From the NCBI GenBank assembly GCA_964565725.1, contig CAZMGA010000014.1, forward strand, positions 1 through 11,785: a DNA stretch of 11,785 nucleotides. Reading direction: 5' to 3'. Both the position numbers and the translations under genes were made by a program. The notes under the pieces are model-generated. The model did no database searches. It had not been told where the DNA came from and saw only the letters and a list, made by a program, of their open reading frames with translations. The DNA is from an uncultured archaeon. Its GTDB lineage: Archaea > Iainarchaeota > Iainarchaeia > Iainarchaeales > 0-14-0-20-30-16. Below are positions 9,223 to 11,785 of this stretch, piece by piece (the first letter of the stretch is position 1; the number at the start of each line of letters is the position of its first letter).

Positions 9223-11785
9223 TTGGTAAAAAATTATGAAGGTTTAAAAGAAGATGAAGTTTTAAACTTAAGATCTAAATATGGTTATAATGAAATAATT
9301 TTTAAAAATGATCATCATATACTAAAATTAATACTATCACAATTTACTTCTTTTTTAGTAATTATTTTATTAATTGCGGGAATTTTATCTATAATTTTAG
9401 GAGATATTTTGGATGGTATTGCTATTTTTGCAATTATTATTTTAAATGCAATAATTGGTTTTTTTCAGGAATTTAAAGCTGAAAATGCTGTAAAAGCTTT
9501 AAAAAAAATGTTATTACCAAAAACAATAGTAATAAGAGAAGGAATAGAAAAAGAAATATTTTCTAAAGAATTAGTTCCTGGAGATGTAATTTTACTTGTA
9601 GAGGGAGATAAGGTTCCAGCAGATTCTATGATTTTGGAAGCTTTTGCATTAAAGATTGATGAATCTATATTAACGGGTGAAAGTAAAACAGTATCTAAAT
9701 TAGAAGGAGAAATATATTCTGGTACATTAATAAGTACTGGAAAAGTATATGCAAAAGTAATTAAAATAGGCAATAAAACTAAATTTGGAGAAATAGTAAA
9801 TTTATTATCTAAAGAAAGTAAAACTGAAACATTATTAACAAAAGAAGTAAATAAATTAGCAAAAAATTTAGGTATTATTATTATAATATTAATTTCTATA
9901 TTAATAATTATAGAATTATTTGGAAATTTAGATTTTTATAATACAATTATGACTGCTATTGCTTTAGGTGTTTCAGCAATACCTGAAGGTTTACCAATAA
10001 TAGTTACTTTAACTTTAGCTTTAGGTACACAAACATTAGCTAAAAAGAAAGCTATAGTTAGAAAAATGTCTGCAATAGAAACTTTAGGAGCAACAACAGT
10101 AATTTGTTCTGATAAAACAGGAACTTTAACATTAAATGAAATGACTGTTAAAAAAGTAAGAACTTTAAATTCAGAATTTGATATTCCAGGTTTTGGTTAT
10201 ACTTGGGATGAAAAGTTAAATATTTTAAATGATGAAACAAAACCTTTGTTAGAAGTTTGTGAAAATTGTAATGATTCTAAATTAGGTAAAAATATAATTG
10301 GAGATCCTACTGAAATTGCATTAAAAGTTTTAACTAGAAAAACAGATTATGTTAAAGAATTACAACAAATAAATGAATTGCCTTTTTCATCAGAAAGAAA
10401 GATAATGTCTACATTAAATCAAATTGATAATAAAACTTTTTTATATTCTAAAGGTGCTTTTGAAGAAATAATTAAAAAATGTAGTTTTATTTTGGATGAT
10501 GGCAAAATTAGAGCTATTAAAAAAACAGATATTGAAGAATTTAAAAAAATTCATGATAGATTTTCAAATGAGGCATTAAGAGTTTTAGCTTTTGCATATC
10601 AAAAAGATTTAAAAGAAATTAAAGAAGATAATTTAATTTTTATAGGTTTAGTTGGTATGTTAGATCCTCCAAGACCAGATGTTTTTGAATCATTAAATTT
10701 AGCTAAAGGTGCTGGTATAAAAGTAAAAATTATTACTGGTGATAATGCGTTAACAGCAAAAGCTATTGCTAAAAAAATTGGTTTTAAAAATTTAAATATT
10801 GTTTTAGGTTCAGATATTGATAAAATGAATGATGATCAATTAAAAAAAATAATATTAACAACAGATATTTATGCTAGAACTAATCCAGAGCATAAATATA
10901 GATTAGTGTCTATTTTACAAAGTTTGGGCGAAGTTGTCGCTGTTACTGGTGATGGTGTAAATGATGCGCCTGCAATAAAAAAAGGAGATGTAGGTATAGC
11001 AATGGGTATAAAAGGCACAGAAGCTACTAGAGAGGTAGCAGATATTGTTTTAAAAGATGATAATTTTGGAACTATCGTATCTGCAATAAAAGAAGGAAGA
11101 AGAATTTATCATAATATATTATTATTTGTTAAGTATATGTTATCCGCAAATTTTGGAATTTTAGTATTTGTAGGATTATTATCTTTATTAAGATTACCTT
11201 TGCCTTTTTTAGCATTACAAATTTTATGGATTAATATTGTTACTGATAGTTTACCTGCATTAGCTTTAGGACAGCAAAAAGCTCAAGAAAATATTATGCA
11301 AAATAAACCTAGAAATAGAAAAGTAAATATGTTAAAGCAATTTAAAAGTTTTATAATTATTGCATTAATTCTATATATTATTGTTTGTTTTGTAGTTTTT
11401 ATGTATGGTTATAAAATAGATTTAGCAAATGGTGTAAATTTATTTGATTTGGATATACCTAGTAAAGCTAGAACTTTAGTTTTTTGTGAAATTGTAATTT
11501 TAGAACTATTTTTAACATTTGTATGTGTTTATGGTCATAGCCAAAAATTTTTTGCGAATATAAAAGAAATTATTACTAATAAATTATTAATTTTATCTAT
11601 TTTATTTTCTTTTTTATTACAATTGTTGGTAGTATATATTCCATTTTTACAAATGATATTTAAAACTACACCTTTGAATTTAATAGATTGGTTATTGATA
11701 TTTGGTACCTCTTGTGTTGTATTCTTAATCCCTTTTTTTGAAACTATATTTAATAAAATTGAAATGTGTTTTTTAAAAAAGTTTA
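9223..11785 (+). CDS. P-type (P2, Ca2+-ATPase-like) cation-transporting ATPase; 3' end truncated by the window edge
   Basis: Not in the ORF track. Hand translation shows the frame open from 9190 to 11785 (at least 854 codons). Motifs are TGES (9673-9684), PEGLP (9982-9996), DKTGTLT (from 10111), KGAFE, DPPR, TGDN and GDGVNDAP (10948-10971). The only plausible start is TTG 9223, preceded by GGTAGTGA (9211-9218). There is no in-frame ATG until about 9507. Confidence 0.93.
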   Translation, partial: MVKNYEGLKEDEVLNLRSKYGYNEIIFKNDHHILKLILSQFTSFLVIILLIAGILSIILGDILDGIAIFAIIILNAIIGFFQEFKAENAVKALKKMLLPKTIVIREGIEKEIFSKELVPGDVILLVEGDKVPADSMILEAFALKIDESILTGESKTVSKLEGEIYSGTLISTGKVYAKVIKIGNKTKFGEIVNLLSKESKTETLLTKEVNKLAKNLGIIIIILISILIIIELFGNLDFYNTIMTAIALGVSAIPEGLPIIVTLTLALGTQTLAKKKAIVRKMSAIETLGATTVICSDKTGTLTLNEMTVKKVRTLNSEFDIPGFGYTWDEKLNILNDETKPLLEVCENCNDSKLGKNIIGDPTEIALKVLTRKTDYVKELQQINELPFSSERKIMSTLNQIDNKTFLYSKGAFEEIIKKCSFILDDGKIRAIKKTDIEEFKKIHDRFSNEALRVLAFAYQKDLKEIKEDNLIFIGLVGMLDPPRPDVFESLNLAKGAGIKVKIITGDNALTAKAIAKKIGFKNLNIVLGSDIDKMNDDQLKKIILTTDIYARTNPEHKYRLVSILQSLGEVVAVTGDGVNDAPAIKKGDVGIAMGIKGTEATREVADIVLKDDNFGTIVSAIKEGRRIYHNILLFVKYMLSANFGILVFVGLLSLLRLPLPFLALQILWINIVTDSLPALALGQQKAQENIMQNKPRNRKVNMLKQFKSFIIIALILYIIVCFVVFMYGYKIDLANGVNLFDLDIPSKARTLVFCEIVILELFLTFVCVYGHSQKFFANIKEIITNKLLILSILFSFLLQLLVVYIPFLQMIFKTTPLNLIDWLLIFGTSCVVFLIPFFETIFNKIEMCFLKKF

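Noticed and set aside
9465-9773. 102-aa minus-strand ORF from the track
   Set aside because: It is antisense to the A-domain (TGES region) of the P-type ATPase, whose frame carries all canonical motifs.

Overview
Very AT-rich (roughly 25% GC by eye), tightly packed prokaryotic chromosomal segment. Eight protein-coding genes are supported. (1) 226-1452 +: AAA+ ATPase of the AAA_14/DUF4143 type with a C-terminal PD-(D/E)xK-like motif. (2) 1719-2441 +: xylose-isomerase/AP-endonuclease-2-like TIM-barrel protein. (3) 2434-3168 -: class I SAM methyltransferase. (4, 5) 3217-3834 + and 3836-4618 -: two orphan proteins. (6, 7) Minus strand, gyrA 9040-6575 then gyrB 6582-4669: a gyrA-then-gyrB operon with overlapping reading frames. 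(8) 9223 to beyond 11785 +: a P2-type cation-transporting ATPase with a TTG start. It is open to the right edge and absent from the ORF track because it has no stop in the window; I translated it by hand and found no in-frame stop. I found no rRNA, tRNA, CRISPR array, transposase or integrase. The coding content is mostly housekeeping, and I cannot point to a clearly new multi-gene system. The least explained signals are these: a tandem 30-bp repeat upstream of the ATPase gene that carries two exact DnaA-box consensus 9-mers inside a lattice of alternating TGCATA half-sites; a 250-bp non-coding island (1453-1703) with 12-bp direct repeats and slightly raised GC; a perfect 24-bp palindrome across the gyrB stop codon, followed by an orphan gene with a degenerate phosphoribosyltransferase-like motif; a native Leu at GyrA position 83; and an almost pure A/T tract between gyrA and the ATPase gene. 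Bacterial versus archaeal origin is unresolved. GGTGAT-type ribosome-binding sites and TATA-like boxes about 25 nt upstream of SD-less ATGs look archaeal (DPANN-like). The DnaA boxes look bacterial.
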